Both the position numbers and the translations under genes were made by a program. From assembly GCA_000388065.2 (NCBI GenBank), contig KB932201.1: a stretch of DNA of 64,000 bases; one strand, written 5' to 3'. The notes under the pieces were generated by a model that saw only the letters and a list, made by a program, of their open reading frames with translations, made no database searches and had not been told where the DNA came from. Origin of the DNA: Fonticula alba ATCC 38817 (lineage: Eukaryota; Protista; Nucleariida). Shown here one piece after another: positions 48,092-58,929 of this stretch (position 1 is its first letter; the number at the start of each line of letters is the position of its first letter).

Positions 48092-50866
48092 TCCCCCCGC
48101 GTCCCCCCGCGTCTCCCCNNNNNNNNNNCCCCCTTCGGCCCCCCGTCCCCCCGCGTCCCCCCGCGTCTCCCCAGCGACCGGGTTGTGCCGGTTGCGCGGT
48201 CGCCCCAGGCGGCATGGGCACCTCTTGGTCGCACGACCGGCCAGCCCTCGTCTCACTCATCGTTGATGATTGCCAGCCCTGCTCGCGCCGGTCCCCACCC
48301 CGGGGCCCGGCACTCGGCCTCGCGCCGCCCACCTGCGGCCCGGCAGGCGCCGAAGGTGGCGTCTTTCGCGGGCTGGGTGTCGTTGCCTGGCCATTCTGCC
48401 ACGCCACACATGTTCCCCCCCTTTCATCCGGCCTGAGGCTTCCCGGGCGTGGTGCTCCGGGGCACGGAAAACTCAGTGCATGCCACAGGCGACATGTGCC
48501 GCCCGGGCGATCGCTCTCACATGGTCCCCCGGTTCGCCAGCGGCGGCCTCCAATCGGCACGGCGATCGATGCTGGCCGCCCGGCAGCCGGGGCGCATGAC
48601 GTCCCCGGCTGGCCACTTCTCCATGGCCGTCCTTCCCCGCCCCCGGAGGCCGGACTCGTTAAGGCCTGCCCCCATTGGGCGCTTTTCTCCCCCCCCCCCC
48701 CCGTCGACTGGCTGGTCGCCGTCTCGACCCGGGTGGCCTGTTTCTCCCCTCCCCGCGCCCCCATTCCCCGGCACACGTTCCGACATCTTCATGCTTAATA
48801 TCACCACCGTGGGCACACGGCGCTGGCGTCTCTCCGGAACCCCGTCCTGCCGGGGGGGGGACGGGGGGAAGTGCGATTGCCCGGCCTTTTCTCGGCGGCC
48901 AGCCTGGGGGGCGGTTCCCGGGAATGAGATGTGTCAAGAAAGTATGGACTGCCCCTGTGTCCCCCCCCGCCCCCCGCCCCACGCCCGGCGCCCGGCGCCC
49001 GGCGCCCAGCACCCCGACTCTGTGGCTCCCTCTGCTTCCGGGCCAGCATTGTCCGGGCATGTGGGTCTGAGTATGTGTGTGCATGTGTGTATGCGTGTGA
49101 CATCGTGGGCAATATGCAGCCTGAGCCCCATCCCCCAGGCGGCCGGGCGGGCGATGCGCCTGCCGAGCGCCCACACGCCGCCGCCCCACGCACGTACGCG
49201 CGCGCGCGCGCGCGCCCGCCCGCCCGAGACCGCCCGCAGGAGCCCCCGAAAGCAGGGGCCCCGGCCCCGGGGAGGCGAGCCGCGCACTTTCTCACAGTCC
49301 TGCCCCCCTCCTGGCCCTCGGAAGAGAAAAGTGCAGGGGGAGGGGGGGGGGCACGGGGGCACGGGGGCGCGAGGCGCGAGGCTGTAATTACTGTGGCACC
49401 GACCAGGCATGGCAGGGCAGGGCCTCGACGGGCAAACAAACTCGTGCCGCGCCACTTCGCATGCGGCAGTCCGTCCCTCCTGGCCTCGCGCGATCCGGTG
49501 AATGCGCGCGCGCACACGCGTACACATGCGCGCTCGCGAACTGGCCCATGTGTGGCCGACGCATTGGCTCGACGGGGTGGATCGCGCCGGCTCTCGTGCT
49601 CCGGCGGTGACGGCCGCCCGGACGGCCCGGCGCCCGGTCCTGAAGCCGGACGCTCCTGCGGGAGGGGGCCCGGCCACATCGGACGCCCCGGCCCAGCGTG
49701 TTTGTTCAGGAGGAGGAGGAGGAGGAGGAGACGCCGGACGCGCGGAGGGCCGCACACGCACGCCCCCAGAAGGCCCGTACAAGGTGTCAGATTGGCAGGC
49801 GCTGGTCGGGGCCGATGTGAAACAGCCTCACCTCCTTCCAATGTTTACCGGTGCCCAGGGCCCCCTCCCTCCCGGGCAGGTGACCGGCTCCACCGATGTG
49901 TGTGCGCGCGTGTGCGTGCGTCCAACGACCGGTGGGGGGGGGGGGGGGGNNNNNNNNNNNNNNNNNNNNNNNNNNNNNNNNNNNNNNNNNNNNNNNNNNN
50001 NNNNNNNNNNNNNNNNNNNNNNNNNNNNNNNNNNNNNNNNNNNNNNNNNNNNNNNNNNNNNNNNNNNNNNNNNNNNNNNNNNNNNNNNNNNNNNNNNNNN
50101 NNNNNNNNNNNNNNNNNNNNNNNNNNNNNNNNNNNNNNNNNNNNNNNNNNNNNNNNNNNNNNNNNNNNNNNNNNNNNNNNNNNNNNNNNNNNNNNNNNNN
50201 NNNNNNNNNNNNNNNNNNNNNNNNNNNNNNNNNNNNNNNNNNNNNNNNNNNNNNNNNNNNNNNNNNNNNNNNNNNNNNNNNNNNNNNNNNNNNNNNNNNN
50301 NNNNNNNNNNNNNNNNNNNNNNNNNNNNNNNNNNNNNNNNNNNNNNNNNNNNNNNNNNNNNNNNNNNNNNNNNNNNNNNNNNNNNNNNNNNNNNNNNNNN
50401 NNNNNNNNNNNNNNNNNNNNNNNNNNNNNNNNNNNNNNNNNNNNNNNNNNNNNNNNNNNNNNNNNNNNNNNNNNNNNNNNNNNNNNNNNNNNNNNNNNNN
50501 NNNNNNNNNNNNNNNNNNNNNNNNNNNNNNNNNNNNNNNNNNNNNNNNNNNNNNNNNNNNNNNNNNNNNNNNNNNNNNNNNNNNNNNNNNNNNNNNNNNN
50601 NNNNNNNNNNNNNNNNNNNNNNNNNNNNNNNNNNNNNNNNNNNNNNNNNNNNNNNNNNNNNNNNNNNNNNNNNNNNNNNNNNNNNNNNNNNNNNNNNNNN
50701 NNNNNNNNNNNNNNNNNNNNNNNNNNNNNNNNNNNNNNNNNNNNNNNNNNNNNNNNNNNNNNNNNNNNNNNNNNNNNNNNNNNNNNNNNNNNNNNNNNNN
50801 NNNNNNNNNNNNNNNNNNNNNNNNNNNNNNNNNNNNNNNNNNNNNNNNNNNNNNNNNNNNNNNNNC

Positions 50867-52656
50867 CTCCCCCTGACCCCTTCGACCTTCGCTCCTGTCA
50901 GCTTCCCCCGGGCTTTAGCTTGGAGAGCATCCCCCCTCTCACCATCAAGGCCTTCCTGCATGAGTCTTTCGTCACGGTGTCCGTCCGTCCGGATTCCACC
51001 ATCGAGCGTCTGTCGGACATCATTGCCGAGGCCTTCATCAAGCACTTTCCGTACGGATCCCGAATCACCCGCTCACTTCCCATCCCCTCCCCGGCCGCAC
51101 TGCTTGTGTGCCAGCCCACTTTTCTTTTCACTCACTCACACACACACACTCACACTCACACACGCGCATACACTCGCCTTCCTCCGCGATCCCCTTACTC
51201 TTGACCTTTTTTCTGACGGACAAAATAGGAACATCCCCTCCTTCTCCTGCTCGGCTCTGCTGGATGAGGCCCTCGTCCCGTTGCAGTTTGCCGATCTGGC
51301 TGGTCATGTCCTGTCCAACGGGTCCATCCTCCGAGTGGTCCCGATCCCGCTGACCTCGCTCGATGCCACCAGCCCCGGAGCCCTGGGCGTCGCTCGGGTG
51401 TCCACCGCGGCCATGATGGCCCCCTGCAAGGATGCCCCACCGACCACGGCAGTCGTGTCGTCGTCGTCGTCGTCGGCGTCGTCGATGACGACCACGATGG
51501 CGGCCAGCGCCAGCGCCAGCACCAGCGCCGCCGCCACCGGGCTCTCCATCGACAAGGATGTTCCCCCTTCTGGCGAGGAGTCCCCCACCTCGGAAACCGA
51601 TGACACCACCACCTCCACCGCCTCCTCGACCGTGACCACCTCTTCCATGACCACCGAGTCCTCGGACCAGCCACCGGCCAACTTCAATCCCGCCGCCCGG
51701 CGAGGCTCGCAGCTGCTCTTCCAACTGGGCTCCAATGCCGCCATGTCCACCAACCTCAAGGACTATGACCTGGTCGAGAATGGCCCCCTCCCGCCGGCGG
51801 CCGCGGCCGCCCCGGCTACCGTTCTCTCGGCCGGCTCCTCCCTTGGCAGTCTGCTGGAGGAGGACTCGCCTTCCATCCTGGCCATTGAGCTGGAGACCCA
51901 CGTCGAGCAGGGCCCCCCCTCGACCGGCGCCGCTCCGGTGGCTCCCTCGGTCGTGCCTGCCGCCGGCGCCGCGGCCGCGACTCCTTCCTCGGCCGCCACG
52001 CCGGCCAGCCCCAATCATGCGGTCCTGGCCAACCTCTTCTTCGATGATCAGGAGCTCTACAATGCCCTGCGCAACCGGGCCTTCTTGCGCTCGTTCGCCG
52101 AGTTCTGCGAGTTCCAGTACTGCCTGGAGCCGGTGCTCTTCTGGATGGACACCGAGGCCTTCCAGTTCCTGGCACGCGCGCAGGATGCCCGCGATCTGCA
52201 AGTCGGCCGCCTGGTCAAGATGGCCGCCTGGATTCAGGCCCATTACATCGACCCCGAGGGGCCGCTCCGCTTGAATATCCATTCGAATGCCCTGTACGTG
52301 CTCTTCCGGTTCTCGCCTGTGCTCCCTTCTCTCCCGGGAGCGGGACCCCCATGGCCTCGCACCCGCCCATGCGGTGGGTCGCACTTGTCCCAGCTACCCC
52401 ATGGCCCTAACCATGCATCCTTGGCTCTCCTCGCCTCCCTTGCGCGCCTTGTCCATCACAGGGCCACCATTTCGGCTCCCTTCACCACCTCCTCGCCTCC
52501 CCGGGCCGATGGCTTCCACAATGCCCAAGCCCGCATGTTCTCGGTCATCCGTGATGTGCTCCTCCCGCAGTACATTCGAAGCCGGTTCTACCGGGATCTC
52601 GAGCGACGCATTCGTCGGGGTGCGTCCCTGTTGCTCTGCATGCCTCTGCCGGTTCC

Positions 52657-52699
<43 letters not shown>

Positions 52700-55600
52700 C
52701 CCCCCCCACGGTCACCGGTTCTGCCTTGCCACATGCCTCCCACTGACACTGCTCCCTCCCTCTTGCTGCTCTCCCTGGCAAAGATCCCACTTCCTATCAG
52801 CAGGCCTACGTGGAGAACATCGGCGAGCACTTTGCCAGCCTCCTGCGTGCCGAGGACTCGTGGTCGGTCTCTTGGAAGAAAATCCCCGCTCCCAAGCCGG
52901 CCCCCGATGCCCGGGCCAGCGCCGCCAACAGCCTCCCCCCCGTGGCACCAGTGTACAACGAGTCGCCGGAGCAAATCCTCTCGATTGTCCTCCGCCGGTA
53001 CTGGCCCGAGGCTCCCTTCCCTCGGTTGTACTTCCTGGAGCGCCAGCGCGTCCTGGTGCAGAAGCGCCAGCAGCAGATCCAGCTGATCCGTCGGCTGCGG
53101 AAGTTCTTCGGGGACCAGCCGATGCTCGATTCGATTGTCAACATCTCGCCCATGCGTTACTCGGCTGGACCGAATGCCGGCGGCATGCTCGATGCGGCCG
53201 GGCGCTCTTCCTCGGCCCTCTTGTCGCCCTCCAGTTCGGGCCGCGTGGCGGCCACGCACTTTGCCAGTTCCTCGGCTCTGCCGCTGCTCGGGTCCGGGTC
53301 CAGCCTGTCGTTGGATGACGGGTCCCAGGTGACGGCCTCCTCCTCCAGCGCTTCCATCGCCATGGCCGGCACCGGTGTCGGTGCTGCGCCGGCCGCCACC
53401 GCTGCTGCCGCTGCATCTGGCACGGCCTCCGGCTCCGGGGGGGAGGCCACCTCCGGGGCCGCCGGTCCCAACCTCAATTCGACCCTTCGCCTGGCGGAGG
53501 GCGGCAAGAGTGTCACCAATGGCTCGGCCCGTTCGGTCAGCCTTAGCATGGGCGTCCGGCCGACGCCCTCCGGGGGCGGCAGCGGCAGCGGGGCCCCAGG
53601 CTCGGGACTCAACCTCGGCTGGGGCATCACCAGCTCCCTGTCGGTGGACAGCTTCGATGACCTGCTGAATGGCATTGCCAACACGCCGATCATGGGCCAG
53701 CGCGCCGGGCCGGGGGCCCTGCGGCCGGCTTCCGGCTTTGGTCCCTACGATTTGCAGATGTCCTACAGCCACTCGAGCCACGAGCTGAATGCCCATCCGT
53801 CGCTGGCCGGCGGTGCTGGCGGTGCTGGCGGTGGTGCTGGCAGCGCTTCCGGCGACCGATTCATCAAGATGCGCCGGGCGGAGAAACTCCAGGACTTCTT
53901 CGGCGACAAGCTCCCCTCGCATGCGCTGGCCGACCAGAAGATCCACCGGCCGGAAAACTTTGCCGCGGTGGATCTTTCCCGCGAGGACCAGGACTCCACG
54001 GATCCGCTGGGCACATCGCACCACCAACAGTCCAAGGCCGGGGCCTCGTCCACGCGCTACCTCGGCCAGTTTGGCCTCTTTGCCGAGGAGGGCGGTGCTG
54101 CGGGCGGCTCCGGCTCCGGCGGCGGCTCCGGCGGCCGGGGGCAAAATGTCCTCGGACCACGCGACATCTTGGCCCCGGCACCCACGTCGAACATCCTCAC
54201 CTCCGAGGAGCGGCGCATCCTCATGAAGCGCTCGCGCAAGTTGAACCGCGTTCTTGGCAATCCCATTGGCGAGGAGTTCCTCCTGGAAACGGCCACCGCT
54301 GCGGCTCTCGCTGCTCAGCAGCAGCCAGCCTCCACGGTCACCGCCGCCGGCGCCGGAAGCACCGATGGCCATCATCCCTCTCACCATCGCGGCCCATCGC
54401 CCCTCGGGAGCCTTGGCCGTGCCGCCTCCACCGAATCATGCCCCGGCTCGCCGCCGCCCCTGGCCATGTTCGTTCTCTTTCCCCATGCCGTCTGCCTCCC
54501 TTGCCGGGGCCTCCGCGCTTTTTTCCCTCCTCTTCCTCTTCCTCTTCCTCCTCTTGTCTCCACAGCCCTTGGTTGGTGCCCTTCCTGACCCCTCCCCTTG
54601 TTGCTGGTCTCACGATTGCTCCCCTTCTTGCGGCGTCCTGCTCTCGGTCATGTGCTTTTGTCCTACAATGGCAGGAACGTTCGTCGCAACACCGACCCCC
54701 TGGGCCGGACGCTGACACACGAGTCGATTGCCATTTCGGCGTCTGGGATGATCCCGGCCGGGGTGGATGGCAGCAACCCGGCCACCTACTTCGGCTCGAC
54801 CACCTCCTTGTCGATGCACCACTCGGCTTCGGCTGGAACCCTGCGCGGGGGGAATTCGCCTGGACCAGACATCCTTGGCCATGCGCAAGTTGGTTTGTGT
54901 GATTCCCCGGCTGGGGGCTCCTCCTCGATGGGTGGCACCCCGGTGGCCATGGGCCTTCCGCCGGTCACCGGCACGGGCCAGCACACCGGCTCGCCCACTT
55001 CCCTCGCCTCGGGACTGGCGGCCCCGGCCGGTGGCCAGCTGTTGTCGTCGTCTTCCTCACAGCAACTTGGCTACCTTGCTCCACCAGGCACCATGACCCG
55101 GGCCCCCTCGTCGATCATTGTCGGATCCGGCGTGACCACCATCGGCGGGCTGGCGACGCTCCCCTCGCCGGAGCCCCTGGCCTCGGACTTCCTGTCTTCC
55201 CGGCGGAGCACCTTCTTCAGCACCACGCAGGGGCTCGGCTCCGGCATCGGTGGCACTGCCGGGGGGTCTGCCTCGGCCGGTGGGGCTGGCATTGATGACA
55301 TCGATGCCGGGGCCCTGCTCATGGCCACCGTGTCCTCGGACGAGGAGGATGATGATCCGTACCAGCGCAAGGAGTACCGCCTGCGCAAGCTGTCCAAGCT
55401 CCAGGAGTTCCTCGGGGAGCGCCTCAACCGACAGCTACTGGAGTCCCAGCAGATCATCCCTCGGCCGCACATGTCGCCGGAGGAGCGCCGCGCCCAGCAG
55501 AAGCGCCTGCGTAAGTTGGCCAGCGTCTTTGGGCATCATCCCCCCGCTCCGGGGGAAGGACCGACCGATGACTTCCCCGCCGATCAGATGGCCTTCCTGC

Positions 55601-56949
55601 AGGACTCCTCCTCCAGCGGGGATCTGTCAAGTTCGCTGCTCATCCACCCGTCCGATCCGCTGGAAGTGCGCAATTCCAAGTCCATCCGGGCACTGGCCTT
55701 CCTGGTGGACAATCAGGATGACAGTGAGCTGGATGACTTCTTCAAGCGCATTGCCGATCTCGAGCTGGAGGATTCATCGTCAGCCGCGGCTGCCGTCGCC
55801 ACTGCGGATGTCTCCTCGCCGGTGGATCCGGCTCGTGCGCGCCAGGCGCGTCAGAAGAAGTTGAAGAAGCTTCAGCGTTTCTTCGGTGAGACCTTCAGTG
55901 AAGAGGTGATGGTATGTATTTTCCCCCGGTCTCCTTCTTTCTCTCTCTCTCTCCCCCCCCCTCTCTCTCTCTCCCCACCGGTGCCACACGTTTTTGCCCA
56001 CTTCCCTCCCGTCGTCCTCCCTCTCAGGGGGAAGGGAGGGCGGCGGTTCTGCGTGGCTGCTGGTTTCTCTTTTCCCTCCCTTTCCAAAGTTTTCTCTTCT
56101 TCCTCCATCTTCCTTTGTTGGGTTTCCTCCTTCCCCTCCTTCCCCTCCTCCCCCCATCTGCCTCTTTCCTCTTTTCCGCATGACCTTCGTATCACCTTTC
56201 GTCGTCTTCCTGTCGTCCCGCGAGATTGTAGTCACTTGGCCTGTGGACGTGTGAGTATGTATGTATGTGCGTGCGTGCGTGTGTGCGTGTGTGCGTGTGT
56301 GCGTGTGTGCGTGTGCGTGTGTCTGCGTCTGTGTCTGCAGGCACATATGCATGTTGAAATGATCGCAAGCGTCAAGTGGGCGTTTGCTTTCCTGTGTGCC
56401 AATGTGCGGCCACATTGCGTTATTTATGTGTAAGTGTGGGCGGGCGCATTGTGTGTCTGAGCGCAAGCATCCGTGGCATCATATGCAGAGCCTGCTCGGC
56501 GAGACATCGTGTTGAATTCTGGCCATGTGCGAACGATGTCTTCTGCTGCAGCCCCTGGCTCCTGCTATGTGCCTGGGTGCCAGAATGCGATGTACCTATC
56601 CCCGCTGGCCTCGCAGAGAGAAAAAAAGAGGAAGACAGAGAGAGAGAGAAAGTGAGAGATAGTTGGAGAGAGAGAGAGGGCGCGAGCACACGCACGCGAT
56701 CTTTCCTCCTCCATATGGGGAGTATGCTGAGAGTGCCCGGTTGTGCGTGCCCGCCTGTTTAGTTGTCGGCCTCTGGCTGATGGCCAGGTCCCTTTCGGAC
56801 TTTTGCTGTGCTGTGCCGACTGCTCGGGCAAATGATCCTGCGGTTGACTTGCTTCCCTCTCCTCTTCCCTCTCCTCTCCTCTCTCTCTCTCTCTCTTTCC
56901 GTCTTTCCTCATATCCCCCTCCTGTTGTCCGGCGAAGAGTGACGCCTGT

Positions 56950-57007
<58 letters not shown>

Positions 57008-58432
57008 GCCAGTTGTGATATGCATTTCTCACAAGACCCACTGCGCCTCTGCCTGCTTCTCTCCTGGCCAGGTTGTTGCCGCTGCCCAGCCATCATCGAG
57101 TCACACCGTCACTCTGTCGCTACACCATGCCAGCCCATCAGCCGGGAGGGTGCCGATCCCCCTTGTCATCTCTTCCTCGACATGCGGTTTCGACGGTCTC
57201 CCTCCCGGGATCACCTCTCCCGAGGTGGAGACATCTCCCTGAGATGACGCGCCCTCCAAAGGGGCGTCGCCTCTCCTCCACCCCCGCCAACCTTGTGCGG
57301 AAGGACATGGGAGAACGTCTGTGGGCGTGTGGTTCTCTCACCCTTCGCTTGAAAGGGGGGAATTGGCTGATTGGGGCCGCGACCGTGATGGCGACTGGGC
57401 AGCAACACGACTGCGCATCCTCTCCCCCTCCTTATCCCTCCTTCTCCCTCCTTCTCCCTCCCCCCTCCTTCCCCCCTCCCTCCCCCCTCCCTCCCCTTCC
57501 TCCACTCAAGCGGTAGATTGACATTCTCCGGGTTCTTCCCGCTTTCTCCGAAGAACAAGTACAATCTCTTCGAAAACATTACTCAGACCATCGCCCGGAC
57601 GATGGAGACCGCCAGCGGCGCCGATGCCCAGGCCATTCTCGAGGACATGGAGGATCTCAAGGTCCGGGTGATCCGACGCCTCAGCATCGCCTCGTCGCAG
57701 CACAATTCCTCCAACGAGACCACATCCTTGGCGGGCTCCTACAAGTCGTCGGCCCTGTCGGCCGCCGCCTTGACCGACACGTCCCTGGAGACGTGTGCTC
57801 TTCTTTCAGACCCCGATTATCGGACTCTCGCATCGGAGGATAACCACCGGCGGACATCCAGTCAGGCCCCCCCCTCGCCGCATCCCTTCCCCCCAGCTCG
57901 CCGGCGCCCACTCCCCCTGGCGGATGATGCCAGCAGCGTGGCCTGCAAGTGCGGCACTCTCTATCGCGATGGCAGCACCTCGGATGGCGGGGCCGCCCGG
58001 TGTGTGGCCTGCGGCCCTGCTTCGGGTCCGGGGGCGGTCGTCACCGGCACCGGAGCCGGCAGCGACCGCGGGCCGGTGTCCCACAACGGCGGCGGCGGCG
58101 GCGGCACCACCAGTGTCACCTCCGGCGATGAGGGGGACCTGGATGCGGCCGGCGCCTCGGGCGTGGCCACCGTGGCCCGCCACCCCTCGACCGGCTGCTC
58201 GGCATCCTCCCTGTCGCACTTGGACGCCGCGTCGGCCCTCTCGCCCGATCGCCGCCCGCGTGTGCACTCCCCCGCCGGCGCCGGCTCCACGATGGCCAGC
58301 TTGACGTCCGATATCCCCAGCGACATGGCCGACTCCTTCGATGGCGGCATTTCCTCCTCCTCGCTCGGTGACCTCGATGGTGATGCGGATTTCGAGGATG
58401 CCACCTCTGATTCGACGGACAGTGATGTTTGA
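50867..58432 (+). CDS. Uncharacterised >1,700-aa RGS-domain protein with N-terminal beta-grasp-like domain and repeated KLxxFFG-type motifs (5' end in gap 49950-50866)
   Basis: Exons <50867-51050, 51229-52293, 52462-52619, 52784-54467, 54675-55911 and probably ~57554-58432, all phase-consistent. RGS box: FLRSFAEFCEFQYCLEPVLFWMDTEAF..AAWIQAHYIDPEGPLRLNIHS..FHNAQARMFSVIRDVLLPQYIRSRFY. Linkage of the last exon across a 1.6-kb intron is less certain. Confidence 0.8.
56955..57005 (+). repeat. (CA)~25 microsatellite in the long intron of the RGS gene
   Basis: Read directly. Confidence 0.9.
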
Positions 58433-58923
58433 CATCGGGGGGTCCTTCCTTCCCTCCCTCCCCCTCCCCCCTTCCCCCCCCCCCTCTCTCTCTCTCTCAT
58501 GCGACGGCAGGAGCGACCACGTGCGGCGTGCGTGTGTTGATCTGCGCTGCGTGGGTCGGCGTGTATGTGCATATCTGCAAGCAAGCGCAGGAGCAGCATT
58601 GCCCTTCTTTGCCCCGTCTCCCCTCTCCCCTCCCCTCCCCCTCCTTTGCTTCTTTCCTCTCCGCGCCACACATGCACGCACGACGCACAGACACGCCAGT
58701 CGCCCTTCTTGTGAACCCTTTCCCCCGGACGATGTCCTGTCGATCGTGCCTGTGCGCGCATGCGCATATAGGCCCGTCCTTGTGATTTCTCGACCCCTTG
58801 AGAGGTCTTCTCCCCCCCCCCCTCCCCCTTTCGCTGTCGCTTCCTCTCTTCTCGCCCACTTCTCCTGATAAGACGCTTCTCATGTGTGCCTCCTCGGCCA
58901 AAGATCTGCGACTTCGACTCAGG

Positions 58924-58929
58924 AATAAA
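58924..58929 (+). terminator. Candidate polyadenylation signal of the RGS-domain gene
   Basis: AATAAA about 490 nt after the stop at 58432. Confidence 0.35.

Noticed and set aside
48090-48172. Duplicated GTCCCCCCGCGTCCCCCCGCGTCTCCCC on both sides of a 10-N gap
   Set aside because: Typical overlapping contig ends at an unresolved junction rather than a real direct repeat.
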